NCBI GenBank assembly: GCA_050613775.1
Contig: JBODTK010000100.1
Coordinates: 62,001-126,000 of the forward strand
Source of the DNA: Neocallimastix sp. 'constans'
Lineage: Eukaryota
Reading direction: 5' to 3'
DNA length: 64,000 nucleotides
Below the pieces are notes generated by a model. That model saw only the letters and a list, made by a program, of their open reading frames with translations. It was not told where the DNA came from and did no database searches. Shown here piece by piece: positions 1-14,619 of this stretch (position 1 is the stretch's first letter; each line of letters opens with the position of its first letter). A program made the translations under genes and the position numbers.

Positions 1-1984
1 TAAAAAATATATATATTATTATTTGAAGAGTTTATTTTATATTATTATAAAAAAATAATATTAAAAATAATAAATATATATAATATTATAATAAATGTAT
101 ATAAAATATTAATATTATAATAAATATGAATATATGATAAATATATATCATCAATAATAATAATAAATATATATATCATTTCAATATGTTAAAATAATAA
201 ATTTAATTTTCAATAAATGAGAAAATGAATGATTCTCTTATTCATTACTATATAATAAATGATAATATCATAAATGAAAAGAGATAATATATATATATAT
301 ATATTTATTTATTTTGAATAAATAAAAGGAAAAATAACTTCAAAAAGAATTTATTTCTATTTTCTTATTTTTTTTTTTTTTTTAATATATCTTTATCAAA
401 TTACAATTAAATAGTAAATTGTAATAAAGTAATAATATTAATATAAATATTTGTTTTTTTTAAAAAAAAAATAAAAAAAAAAATTATTATTATAATTATT
501 ATTATAAGAAATTATTATAATAATAATATTAAAGGAAAATAAAAAAAATTTTTTCTATTATATTTATATGCATAGCTGTTAGCACAATAAATTTAAACAA
601 TCAAAATAAGACAATAGTAAATAAGTAGTTTTATACCAAATCAGTACTATTTATTTTCTATTTAAATGCTTATATAAAAATTGTTTAATTAACAAACGCA
701 GTAATCCTTTTTTTTTTTTTTTTTATAATTTATTTTTTTTTCTTTTTCCATTCTTTTATCCTTATAATTTAATAAAAATTTATTTATAATAGAACAAAGA
801 AATAGTCAAGAGACAAAAAAAAATAAGAGAAAGAATTCATTAAGCAAATTATTATATTATAAAAATAAATTAAATTAATAATAAAATAAAAAATTCTTTA
901 ATAAACTAATATTATTACTAAAATAAATTGAAAAAATAAAAAAAACATTATTTCATTCATTCATTTTTTTTTTTTATATTGATATGAAATAATTGTATTA
1001 TCAATAATAAATATATATTTATTAAAAAATATTTTTAATGTTAAAATATTTAAAACTAAAGGTAATATTCAAATCAAGGTATAATTTATAAATTTAAAAA
1101 AAAATAGGAATGAAATTTTTAATATGTAATACTAATTAATAAATTTATTTTTATGTTATTGAATTTTAATATATATATATGTATATTGAATTTATTTATA
1201 TAAATTATAGTAACGAAAAAATAACGTCATTTATATATATATAACAGAAAATAAAATTTATTTTTAAGACTTTATTTTTTTAGGAGTTTAAAAATTGAGA
1301 TAAAAAAAATAATATTTTATTCTAATATTTTGAATTATATTGATTCTTAAAATAAATTTTTGCTATTATAAGTAATTTTTACTAATTTCAATAGTTACAA
1401 AAAAAAAAAAAAAAAAAAAAGAAAAAAGAAAAAAGAAAAAAAAAAATTATTTTTTTTCTTTCTTTCTTTCTTTCTTTTTTTTTTTTTTTTTTTTTTTTTT
1501 GGAAAAGTACTTGTAAATATTATTGAATATATAAAAGGAGACTACTATTTTGCTAGAAATCACATTACAAACTTTTTTTTTTATCATTTTGATAATAGAT
1601 AAAAAAAAAAATAAATAAAAGTAAAAATATAAATAAAAATAAAAATAAAGACAATATATATATATATAAATATATAAAAAATTTTTTATACCAACCAAAG
1701 TTTCAACTTAAAGAATCTTTGTAAATATATATACACACATATATATTAAGAAAGTCAAAAAGTTCAAATTATTTTTTAATTTTGATACTTTGTAATTAAT
1801 ATATCAATTTTTTTTTTCTTATTTAATACTTTCAATATTTTTAAAATAAAAATAAAAATATCAAATAGTTAAATTAAGTCAAAAATAGTAATTAAAAAAA
1901 AAGAATTTTCTACTCTTGTAATTTTTTTTTTTTTTTATAAGAAAAATTTTATTAAGAATTAAAATTAAAAAAAAAAAAAACAAA

Positions 1985-3134
1985 ATGAGAGATTCAATAT
2001 TGGTATTATTCTTTCTTATTCCTCTTTTAATAGTTGTAGGTTTTATTATTAAATTTATACATATTAAAATTATATATTTATTTATTTATAATTCTATTTA
2101 ATTTCTAATTTATTTTTAATTCGTTAATGATAGGTTGCCTATTGCAGTTATTGGGTTGCTACTCATGGTAGAAAAATGACTTTACCAGAGGAAGTAACTA
2201 AAGGAATAAAATCGGATACTCCATTTCCTTCTCCAAAATCAAGTCATAATAGTAAATTTGAGAATTATCCTCAAAAAGTGAGCAATACCAACAGTAGTGT
2301 CATAAATATAAATGATACATCATATGTACCTCCAAATTTCAGTAAGAAATTATTTATTTTATATATTATACACATATATATATTATGATAAAATTTTAAT
2401 AATATATATTAATATATAAATAAATATACATTTAATAGATAAACATAAAATAGAAAATAAATAAATAAATAAATAAAAGAAAAGAGGGATAAAATTCATA
2501 TTAACACTTTTTTTTAACTATTTAAATTTTAATTTTTTTTTTTTTTTTTTTTTTTTAATAGGTGTAGATGAAAGTACCTACGTTGTAAAGAGAGAGTTTG
2601 TTCCAAAAAGTGTTGATGAATTACCTATTAAAAGAAATCAAATTGTCACTGTTAAGTATGTTTTTATAAATTCAATAAATATATAAATAATATAAATAAG
2701 GAATACAATACTTTTTATTATGGATACAGACATAAACAATATAATTTATTTACTTATTAATTTATTATTATTATTTTTTTAAATATATATATATATATGT
2801 ATTATTCTTATTCATATATAATATATAATATAAATATAAAAATTTAAATAAAATAATTTAAAAAAAAAAAATATTTAGAGAAATATATGAAGATGGATGG
2901 TGTATGGCTATTTCAATAACTAATGGTGAAATGGGAGTTATACCTTATCAATGCCTAATTAAATATAACGATTTAGTGAAAAATCAAAAACAATTTCAAC
3001 AACAACAATTAGAAAAACATTTATCGAAATCATCCACTACAGAGGATAAAAAATATTTCCAACCTTATGTTAGTCCACCCATATTATTTAACGATAAAAA
3101 TGACAGTGACAAAAATAATAATGGCAAAAGTTAA
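1985..3134 (+). CDS. Small protein with an N-terminal transmembrane/signal-anchor segment and a C-terminal SH3 domain (4 exons: 1985-2035, 2134-2341, 2562-2655, 2879-3134)
   Basis: GT-AG splicing keeps the frame: hydrophobic MRDSILVLFFLIPLLIV|VAYCSYW, then SH3 motifs YVVKREFVPKSVDELPIKRNQIVTVK|EIYEDGWCMAISITNGEMGVIPYQCL. Confidence 0.8.
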
Positions 3135-3352
3135 AAAAAAAAAAAAAAAGAAAAGAAAGAGTAAAATAAATATAAAATAAATCAATATTAATTTATATAT
3201 ATATATATATAAAGTTTTGAATACCATTTTTTTTTTTTAAATATTATGAATTTTTTTTATATATATATATTTTTTATTTTCTCCAGTATTTATTAGAAAG
3301 AATAATAATTAAAATAAAAAAAAAAATTTTTTTTTTCTGTATAAAAATTTAC

Positions 3353-3388
<36 letters not shown>

Positions 3389-3826
3389 TAAAAATTAAAA
3401 AATTATTCATTTATTATTAGAAAAAAAAAATAAAAATAAAAAAAATAAAAATAAAAAAAATAAAAATAAAAAATAATATAAAATTCTGAAAAAATAAAAA
3501 AAAAAATGAAGGTGTTCCTTAAAATGATAATAATAAAAGAGGTGGGAAAATTTTTGGAAAATTAAATTGAAAAATATATATATAATAAATAAAAAAATGA
3601 TGACCTTATGAATTTATGGAAAAAATAAAAAATAAAAAATAAAAAAAATAAAAAAATAAAAATAAAAAACATAAATTATATAAAAAGGGAAAACAATCTA
3701 TAATAATTAAATTTAATAATTTAATAATTTAATAATTTAGAAATTTAATAACTTAATTAGTTTAATCATTAATTAATTTTTATGAATATAAATTTTATTA
3801 TTAAATAAACTTTTTTCTATTGTTAA

Positions 3827-3869
<43 letters not shown>

Positions 3870-5562
3870 AATAATAATGAGGGTGTAAAGAGGATAATAT
3901 ACCCGATGATATAAACTTCCTTCTTGGTGAAAGCGATACAAAGATATGTTTGATTTAAATTAAAATTAAAATTAAAATTAAAATTAAAATTAAAATTAAA
4001 ATTAAAATTAAAAAAAAAATAGAAAAAAAAAAATAAATAAAAAAAAAAAAAAAAAAAAGGAATGAAATGGGATGCTGTTTTTGTTTTTTTTGTTTTAATC
4101 ACGAAATCATTTCTGATGGATTATTCCAAAAAAAAATTAATTAAAAAAAAAAAAAAATGGAGTAAAATATATAAATATATGAATAAATAAATAATTGTTA
4201 AGAGTCAGGGATTTATGATTTATAATTATGTCAAGTTTTATTAATATATTTTATGATAAAGAGTTACAATAGCACTTAATTATTCTAAATTAAATGTTTT
4301 TTATATTAATAGATTGTGGCTTATACATTATTTATATCGAAATATGTTTCAACACATTTGAAGCTTATTTTTCATTCATTTCACATATTCTAACATTCTC
4401 CCTTTAAATCTAGTTATTCTATAATGAATAAATTGGTTTACTGGTGAATATGTGTATGTGAAATTATCATATTTTATAATATTAACTTGATATTATTAAA
4501 CTATTATTTAATTCTATTCTAAATTAAACCTTTAATTTTTTCATGAATAACTTAATTATACAGTACATTAATTCTTTAATTCAATTTAAATAATTGCTAA
4601 AATAATTTCTTAAATATATTTGTAATCTAATAATTTCCCCTAAAACTATGTATTTAATACTATACCATTTATATTAGATGTATCTAAAAGATTTACATAT
4701 TACCATTGATATGATGGAAACATTTCTGTTGAAGAGTGATATTATATCATCTCAATTTGTGTGAATACCTTCTTTGTATATTGAGTTTTACATCACTTTC
4801 AATTATAATCTGCTTTGAAGATAAGCACTAACTTTTTTTTTTTTTTTTTTTATTTTCCACTTTGTAGTTGTGGCGATAACTATTAATTATAAATTGTTAA
4901 TTATATCTCGGTGTACTTGATAAATTATAATTTTGGGGGGTATTAAAATTGATTAAATTTATAATTAATTATATAATTATTATTTAAGTAAAACAGATTA
5001 TTTAATTTCTAATGAAGGAATTTAAAATGAGTTAAAAAAAAAATAATGAAATAAATATTTGTCAATGAAATTAAAATGAAAATGGAAATAGAAGTGGAAA
5101 AAAAAAAAAAAAAGGAGCATTTTTTAAAATTTTCAAAAAAAATAATAATAAAATTTTTATGTTTTATTTTTTATTTTTTATTTTTTATGTTTTATTTTTT
5201 ATGTCTTATTTTTTATTTTTTTTTTTTTTTTATTTATTTTTTTTTTTTTTTTAATTTTATGTATATATATGTTAAAATATAGTAAATAAAATTAAGCATA
5301 TTATGCTTTATTATAAATTAAAAATTAATATAAAATACACGGAATAATTACTATTTAGAAAAGGGATTCTTTACTAAATAAAAAAAAATAGTAATTATTA
5401 AATAAAATATTATATATTATAAAATATTAAATCTGACTCTTCATTTTCATCAATGGATAATATATATATTTTATAATTTTATTTATTTGCATTTTTTTTT
5501 ATTTTACTTTATTTTATTTTATTTTTTTTTATTTATTATTATTACTATTATTACAATTATAA

Positions 5563-5596
<34 letters not shown>

Positions 5597-6226
5597 TTAT
5601 TTATTTATTTTATTTTATTTTATTTTATTTTATTTTATTTTATTTTATTTTATTTTGGTCAATCCTATTATTCTTGGTTTTTATGACCAAATCTTATTAG
5701 TTTTATCTCTTTGTAATTGTTCTCAAAAAAAAAAAAATTTTTTTTTTTTAAAAAGTTTCATTTATCTACTTGACTTTTATATTTTTAATACCATACAAAA
5801 AAAAAATATATATGTATATATATATATATATATTTATTTATTAATTATTAATCCATACATAATGTTAATAGAGATAAAAAAAAAAAAAAAGAAAAAAAAT
5901 AAAAATAAAAACAAAAAAACAAAAAACAAAAAAAAAAAAAAAAAAAAGAAAATTATAAAAGTAATAAATAGAAATATAATTAAAAGCTATTATGATTTTT
6001 TTTTTTTTAAAGTTTATTTGCTCTTTATTGATTTATTTATGTGTTTATATATATTTATGTATGAAATTGAAATGAATTCTATATATATATATACATATTT
6101 TATTTTTATCATTAAACAAATTAATGAATGATTGATTATAGACTTGCTATTATTATTAGTATTATTATTATTATTACTAATGCTATTATTAGTTTTAACG
6201 AAAATATAAATAAAAATAAGAAATAA

Positions 6227-6265
<39 letters not shown>

Positions 6266-6427
6266 ATTTACTAAATTAAATACTATTAATTTATTAATTA
6301 TATTAATTGGTATAACTATTGATGCTACACTTCACTGCTAATTTATTTATAAGTTCATATTATAACAATTTTAATCATTAACTTTTTTTTTTTTATTATT
6401 ATCATTATTATTATTATTAAATTAACT

Positions 6428-6968
6428 GGTATCTTCCTTATTAACATTATTCATACTATTCATTTATTTGGTATCTTCATTATTAACATTATTCATACTA
6501 TTCATTTATTTGGTATCTTCATTATTAACATTATTCATACTATTCATTTATTTGGTATCTTCATTATTAGCATTATTCATACTATTCATTTATTTGGTAT
6601 CTTCATTATTAACATTATTCATACTATTCATTTATTTGGTATCTTCATTATTAACATTATTCATACTATTCATTTATTTGGTATCTTCATTATTAGCATT
6701 ATTCATACTATTCATTTATTTGGTATCTTCATTATTAACATTATTCATACTATTCATTTATTTGGTATCTTCATTATTAACATTATTCATACTATTCATT
6801 TATTTGGTATCTTCATTATTCATTATTAGCATTATTCATACTATTCATTTATTTGGTATCTTCATTATTAACATTATTCATACTATTCATTTATTTGGTA
6901 TCTTCATTATTAATCTTCATTATTAACATTATTCATACTATTCATTTATTTGGTATCTTCATTATTAA
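6428..6968. repeat. 42-bp minisatellite, about 12-13 copies (TGGTATCTTCATTATTAACATTATTCATACTATTCATTTATT)
   Basis: Visible tandem unit with an AAC/AGC variant and short insertions in the distal copies. It generates the spurious ORF 6468-6926. Confidence 0.95.
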
Positions 6969-7051
6969 AATCCTTTATTAAATTATTATTATTATATTAT
7001 TATCATTATTCACACTATTCATTTATTTGGTGGTTATCTTCATTATTAAAA

Positions 7052-7088
<37 letters not shown>

Positions 7089-7239
7089 CATTAATTTATA
7101 TTTATTAATTAAATTATGATATCTCTATTATTTAACATAAAATTGGTATCCTCTTCATTTCAAATATTTTTATTTCTATTTTTTTTTTTTTTTTTTAGAA
7201 AAAAAAAAAAAAAAAAACTAATGAATATTATCATCATGA

Positions 7240-9655
7240 CTATTTACTACTACTGTTAATGTTGTTGTTGTTATCGTTACCATCACTACTAGAACTATTC
7301 GTATTGTCAGGTTGACTTTTGCTTTGATAATTCGTCACATTAGAATTTTTTTGACCGAGAAGGCTTGAAAACATCGTTCCTTGTTGTTGTTGTTGTTGTT
7401 GTGACTTCATTTTATGATGTTTATTATGAGAATTAGAGGGATTAGAATTAGAAGAGGGTTCCTTTTCTGATTCTGCTGCGGCTGCGGAAGCTTCAGCAGC
7501 TTCAGCAGCTCGTCGTTCACGATCTCGACGATTAGAATCTCGTATAGCAAGCATTAATTCAAACGCTTCCTTTATCTTTATATTAATTACCGGTAAATAT
7601 TGATAGTAGGATTCAAGATAGAGAAGAGCATTATCATTTCCTTCCGTAGTCTTTAACCTTTCATCAATTTCTAAATTAACATTTGGATTATTATTACTAT
7701 TACCATTACCATTATTATTACCATTACCATTATTACTATTAGTATTTATATTATGTTCATCATCATCATCATCAGTATCATCAATAATATGAGTAGTAGT
7801 TGGGGTATTATGATAATGATTAAGGGGTACATGACGACCTAGACTTTGAAGACGTTCTAAGAGTAGGGATGAATTAGAAGAAATACTTGGTAAATTTTCA
7901 TAGGAATTTATACCCGTAGTTAATGAATGTGAATGTGAATGTGAATGTGAATGTGAATGTGAATGTGCATGATGATTAGAGTGAGATTGAGAATGAGATT
8001 GAGGATGACGACGTTGAAGTGGTATAGCATTAGAATGTAGTGAAGCTGTAGGTGAGGTGTTGGTGGAGGAAGGTGAAACGGGTGAAGAAATATCATTTTC
8101 TGAGGCATCAAAAAAAATATCATTGTCATCACCATTATCACTATTATTATCATTATCATTTTTTCTATTTCTATTATTATTATTATTATTATTAATATTA
8201 TTATTATTATTATTATCCTCATCATCATCATCATCAATGGCTTTACCTTTTCCTTTATTTTTATTTTTTGGTATAGATATAGAGGTGGATGTAGAAATAT
8301 AATTTTCGGGTAATTTACCTTTACCTTTATCTCTACTTTTACCTTTATTTTTATATTTATTTTTATTTTTATTTTTGTTGTCGTCTAGAGGTTCATTAAA
8401 TAAATCTTTATTATTCTTTTCTTTATCAGTACTATTATTATCATTATTATCATTATTATCATTATTATCATTATTATCATTATTATCATTATTATCATTA
8501 TTATCATTATTATCATCATTATCATCATTATCATCATTATCATTATTATCATTATTATCATTATTATTATTATTGTTATTAATTGTAGTTGTTGTATTAT
8601 TATCATTATCATTAATATTATTACTATGATGATTAGTGATAGATGGATGAAGATTATTAGAAATAGAAGAAGAGGAGGATATAGGTTCATTATTATCATG
8701 ATTAATATTTATTATAAATGGATCAGAGGATTGAATTTTATTTTCATTCAAGGTTAACTTTGCCGATTGTTGTGGTAGTGGTGGTGGTAATAGCGATGGT
8801 GATGGTAATGATGGCGATAGTGGTGATGGTGGTAACGATGGAGATAATGAGGATAATGAGGAAAATTTTTCATTTTCATAGGAAAGTTCATCATCCTCAT
8901 CTACATAATGATCATTTTGATTAGGATGATCTTGACTTTGACTTTTTTCAATGAGAAGAGCTTTCTCATCATTATCTGAAATATTTCCAGATGGACCATT
9001 TTTTCTAAATAATTTATCAAAAATACTTCTTTTTTCATAGTTACGTCGTGTATGTTGTTGTTGTTGTTGCTGTTGTTCTTGATGCTTTTGTTTTTGTTCC
9101 TTAGTTGATTTATGATGCGATTGTCGTTTATTTTCATTACTATTATTATTATTATTATTATTATTTTGAACAATTAGAATTTCATCTTCATTTTTGTTTT
9201 CCTTTTCCCTATAATCATTATCATTTTTATTATGGTCATTATCATCATTATCATAATTATCATCATCATCACTTTCATCTAAAAATATTTTTTCATTTTT
9301 TTTATCCAAAAGATCATCAGTGTCATCAGAACAAACAGATATATATTGTAAATCATAATTGGGTTCACCAAAATCTTCTAATACTTTAGTGACCGTGCTT
9401 GGAATATGTGTTGCTACGGCTAAGGTCGAATAGTTATACACCGTAAAGAATTTCAAAAATTGTAACATTAAAATACAAAAATCAAAATTTAAGACATACC
9501 AAACAGAATCTTTGCCTTTTCCAAAGAAATCTATTATTAATGAAAAGTCGTTATAATCTTTAAATATATGTCTTCCTATAACAAGTACATCTATAAAAAT
9601 TACGAATCCTCCTACTGCAAGAGGATTTCTACTTATTAATTTATTAGAAAATATC

Positions 9656-9754
<99 letters not shown>

Positions 9755-10020
9755 AATGAATGAAAATAGTTAAAAAATAAAAAAAAAAATTAGTTTAAAA
9801 TTTTTTTATATTTATATTATCATTATAAATATTAAATTGAGTTTAAGTATAGTTTAATATTAAAATATTATTATTATTTTAAAATTACCCTACTTCCTAC
9901 AAATAATAAAAATAATGAATAGGCTGAACATTCACTTAGGTAGATAGCTACCATAAAGGTATCTATCATATAGTCTAAAGAATTTATTAATACTCGAACC
10001 GGTAATGGTACAGAAAGCAT
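7240..10020 (-). CDS. DUF1746-like (Dsc4/Vld1/Gld1-type) membrane protein with a very long Asn/Asp/His/Gln-rich C-terminal tail (exons 10020-9901, 9654-7240)
   Basis: The ORF stays open upstream of Met 9468 to a TAG acceptor at 9655-9657. Exon 1 reads MLSVPLPVRVLINSLDYMIDTFMVAIYLSECSAYSLFLLF; exon 2 has IIDFFG and NFDFCILMLQFL, resembling the FIDFIG and LDxxILxLQ motifs I recall for DUF1746. The gene is secure; the family call is moderate. Confidence 0.6.
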
Positions 10021-10031
10021 TTCGTCGTTTC

Positions 10032-10086
<55 letters not shown>

Positions 10087-10088
10087 TG

Positions 10089-10141
<53 letters not shown>

Positions 10142-11639
10142 CAATAAAGCAATAATTGATTATATAAGGATATGAAATGTTCAAAAATGTTTTTTTTTTT
10201 TTCTTTTTCTTTTTTTATTTTTTATTGTTATTATTATTTTTCTTATTTATTTCGTTACTCTATTACGATTATGTTATGTCAATAGTAATAATAATAATAA
10301 TATTAATAATTATTATAATTATAATAATGATTTAGATTATGAATAAATAAAATAAATTTGAATATGTATACATATATATATACAGTTATATCACGTTTCT
10401 TTGTTAATAATTTAATTTCAATATAAATATTAAAGAATGTAAAATTTGGTATTTTATTATTTTTTAATTATTTAATTTTTCTTTATTTTTTTACTTGAAA
10501 ATACAAAAAACTAATAGTTGATTTTATTAATATATATATATTATGTATATATTTTATGTCTTCTATTTTGATTAAAATGCTACAGAAATTAGAACTAATA
10601 TTACAATATTTAATTTTGATAATTTTCTTTTTTTTCTTTTTTATAAATTTTAAAATCTAATTATTATTTAAATATATGTACGTATGTATAATATCTTTTT
10701 TTTTTCTTCTTTTTTATATATTTCTTTTATTTTGATTATTTAGTTGTTCAGGTGAATTATTCGCTTTCAAAAATATATTATCATTTATAAAATATGTAAA
10801 TGTTTAAAATTGGTGTTATAAAAATTATTGAAAATACTGTAATATTGTAATATTAAATTTTAAGTTTGAAAAAATTGTATATGAAAATTGAACGTAATTT
10901 AAAAAATAAATGACATTTTGGTATTCCTTTTTAATTATATGTGCAAGTATTAACTAATGGATATTATAATAGAGCATTAAAATTAAATAGTATTAATATT
11001 AATTTTAATATTTCATTCGTTAAATCCTTTTCTTCTTTTTAATTAATAAATTCAAATTTATTCCTATGAGTATTAATTTATTATATTATAATAATAATAG
11101 TAATAATAATATTGAAGCGCTTTCGGTTATATATATTCTAAGTGGGGATCTTTAAAATTTCCTGTTATAATAAATGTCAAATGTGGATTTTTTCTTTTTA
11201 TAAAAAAAATATTTATATAACAATTTTATATAATTATTTATTTTTAAAATTTAATTTTCTTTAATTTTCATTTTATTAACAATTATTATTATTGAATTTC
11301 TCCTTCTTTAAGACAAAAAAAATAATTGAATAAAAAAGAAGAATTTTAAATATATAATTTTATGATAATTTCTTTATTATATATATTATTTTATTTTATT
11401 TTTATATTTAATTTTTTTTTTAAAAAAAAAAAAGTTCTGTAAAATATATAAATAATATTTTTTTTTCTTTTATATAGCTTTATATATCTGTTATTTTTAT
11501 TATTATTTTTTTATTATTTAAATTTATCTGTTCATTTATTTTATAATTTTAATTCTATTTATTTTATTTAACTATAAAATATATAGAATTAAAATTTTAC
11601 ATTAATAACCAATAAATATATTTATTTTTATTTTATTTT

Positions 11640-12024
11640 AATATTTATTATTTATTATTTATTATTATTATTTATTATTTATTATTTATTATTTATTTAT
11701 TTATTTATTTATTTATTATTTATTATTTATTATTTATTATTTATTATTTATTATTTATTATTTATTATTTATTATTCAATTATTTATTATTTATTATTAT
11801 TTATTTACTATTTATTATTTATTATTTATTATTTATTATTTATTATTTATTATTTATTATTTATTATTTATTATTTATTATTTATTATTTATTATTTATT
11901 ATTTATTATTTATTATTTATTATTTATTATTTATTATTTATTATTTATTATTTATTATTTATTATTTATTATTTATTATTTATTATTTATTATTTATTAT
12001 TTATTATTTATTATTTATTATTTA

Positions 12025-12060
<36 letters not shown>
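11640..12060. repeat. Heptamer microsatellite (TTATTTA)n grading into (ATT)n
   Basis: Directly visible. Confidence 0.9.
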
Positions 12061-12830
12061 TTTAAAAAAAAATATTAAATAATTTTAATTAAAAAGTTTT
12101 AAACAATTAATATTTTTTAAGCAATAATAAGTTTATTAGTTGAATGATTTATTATTTATTATTTATTTTTTTCTTTAAAAAAGTAAAAAATAAATTATTG
12201 AATTTTTTATTTTAATTATATATATTTATATTATATTCAATATTATCTCATGTTAAATAGTGATGATGTATAAAAGAATTTTAAAAAATTTTATTTTAAT
12301 TATTTAAATAATAATTAAGCTTTTTATCTACTGATATAAAATTATAATAAAAAAAGAAAAGAAAGAAAGAAAAAAATAATAAACAATTCCTTTAACTTTT
12401 TATATCAATACATTTTAAATTTATTTGAATTATAACTTGAATTAAAATAATAATAATAAAGATATTTTCAAACATATATTCTAATCTTAATAAATATTAT
12501 TTAAATTAAAAACATCTAAACTAATTTTATTGTAAAAATTTTACTTTTGATATATATATATATTTTGCTTCGCATATAAAAATATTCATATAAATATTCA
12601 TAAAGATATTTATTATCATTTTCTTTATTATTTAAATTTTTTTATATAATTATTTTTAAATTATTTTTTATTCAATAACAATATCATCGTTATTTAATAA
12701 GTTTGTTATATTAAAAAAGAAAAAAAAAAAAAAACTTTTTTTAAAATAAATTATTAATAAAACAAAAAAGAAAGGAAATAAAAAAAAAAAAAATTATAAA
12801 ATATTTAATATTTAATAATAAAAAAAAAAA

Positions 12831-13519
12831 ATGGCAGAAGATAATGATTTTATTAATAAAACTTTTTTAATGAATATTATTAAAAGAGAAAAACCGATTA
12901 TTGAAAGTATTATTATTTTTATTTGATTTATTTTGAAAAAATAAAAAAATAGTAAAATAGTAAAATAATAAAACAATATATATAAGTAATTTATGTTAAG
13001 ATCCATTCAAATATATATAATTTTTTTGTTTTAAAATTATAGAGATGCCCTCTTCTTTTTATTTAAAACCTATAGTCAGAACAAACTTTTTAGGATATCC
13101 TAGAATTATCGAGGGAGGTTTTCCCGGAAAAAAGTATGGATTTTTTTTTTATATATATAAGAGGATATATATTATTAATTAATGTATTTTAATATATATA
13201 TAATATATAATATATAATATATAATATATATAAACCCCATTTATTCATATAAATCATAATATTTTATAATAAAATTTTAGAGGAACCGTATGGGAAAAAT
13301 ATAATTTAAAAGTTATTTTCTTTATACCAAGATGTAATTATTAATAAATAATTAGGAAAAGATATACAGAAATAAAAAAAAGAAAAAAAGTAAAAAAAAA
13401 AATACATACATACATATATATTAATATATATATATATATTTATTTATCTTATAACAATTACAATAGCATATCCTAAAGAATCACCAAAAGTTATACGATT
13501 TATTCCACCTATCTTGTAA

Positions 13520-13551
<32 letters not shown>

Positions 13552-13578
13552 TATTAATATCAATAATTAAATAATTAA

Positions 13579-13610
<32 letters not shown>

Positions 13611-13637
13611 TATTAATATCAATAATTAAATAATTAA

Positions 13638-13669
<32 letters not shown>

Positions 13670-14619
13670 TATTAATATCAATAATTAAATAATTAAAGAT
13701 TCTATTAATTAATAATAATATTCTTTTTTAATGGTTTTATACATTATAACATTATTATTTTTTTTTTTTTTAAAAAAAAAAAAAATTAATATAGTCATCC
13801 AAATGTTAGTAAAGAAGGTAGATAAAATAAAATAAAAAATTAAATCAAATTAAACAAATAAACAAATAAATAAAATTATATGGAATAATTATAACATAAT
13901 AATAAAAATAAAAATTATTTTAATATATATATTTATAATTGATATATATATGTATATATATATTTATTTTTATTTCCTAGGAAATGTCTATTTTACACCT
14001 GTAAAATATAAAAAAAAAAATTTTTTTAACTACTATTATAACTATTATTATTAATAATAATTTATATTTTTGTTATATAATCAATATTAATTTATATATA
14101 TATATATTATTTTATTATTATTCCTTTTATGAATTTTTAATTATGATATATATAAATATGTATATATATCAAAGAGTTGGTATCCAGAATATGGATTAAC
14201 ACAAATACTAATGGATTTACAAATATTATTAGCAAAACCTTGCATGGATTATTTATATAATGTAATAATAATAATAATAAGATGTATATATATTTCAAAT
14301 TGCATAAAAAAAATAATAATAATAGATAAATCATTGAAAAATATATATTTATGAAATGTTTGATAAAATATAAAAGATATCATATTATATTATATTAATA
14401 TAAATTAACTTATTATTATTACTATTATTATTATTATTATTATTATTTTCTTTACTTTTAAATCTATCTATTTATATATATATATATTTATATAATATAA
14501 AGAGAGAGGCCTCTGAATTATATAAAAATAATATGGAAAAATATAATGAAAGAATTTCAATATCACCTTATCAAACAATTATTTTTAAGCATGATCCAAC
14601 ATATAAAAAATACATATGA
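12831..14619 (+). CDS. Ubc9-like E2-fold protein lacking the catalytic cysteine (8 exons: 12831-12906, 13043-13133, 13281-13333, 13467-13515, 13795-13817, 13981-14000, 14175-14261, 14503-14619; boundaries approximate)
   Basis: Spliced through seven GT-AG introns with no frame break: MAEDNDFINKTFLMNIIKREKPIIEKMPSSFYLKPIVRTNFLGYPRIIEGGFPGKKGTVWEKYNLKVIFFIPRSYPKESPKVIRFIPPIFHPNVSKEGNVYFTPSWYPEYGLTQILMDLQILLAKPCMDYLYNREASELYKNNMEKYNERISISPYQTIIFKHDPTYKKYI*. PGKKGTxWE, YP..P and FHPNV are Ubc9/E2 signatures. Confidence 0.85.
13519..13698. repeat. About 60-bp unit repeated three times inside intron 4 of the Ubc9-like gene
   Basis: (AAT)n-GATATTAATATCAATAATTAAATAATTAAA occurs three times in tandem. 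Confidence 0.85.

Noticed and set aside
4190..4945. Moderately complex intergenic stretch, possibly a TE relic
   Set aside because: No open frame, terminal repeats or recognisable motif that I can support.
1447..6131. ORFs rich in F/K/I/Y (1447, 3773, 5076, 5487) and similar ones across the window
   Set aside because: They are translations of poly-A/T and microsatellite tracts with no domain or codon complexity.
6428..6968. 42-bp array as a CRISPR array or a membrane-protein gene
   Set aside because: There are no unique spacers or cas genes and the context is eukaryotic. The frame is open only because the unit is a stop-free multiple of 3.
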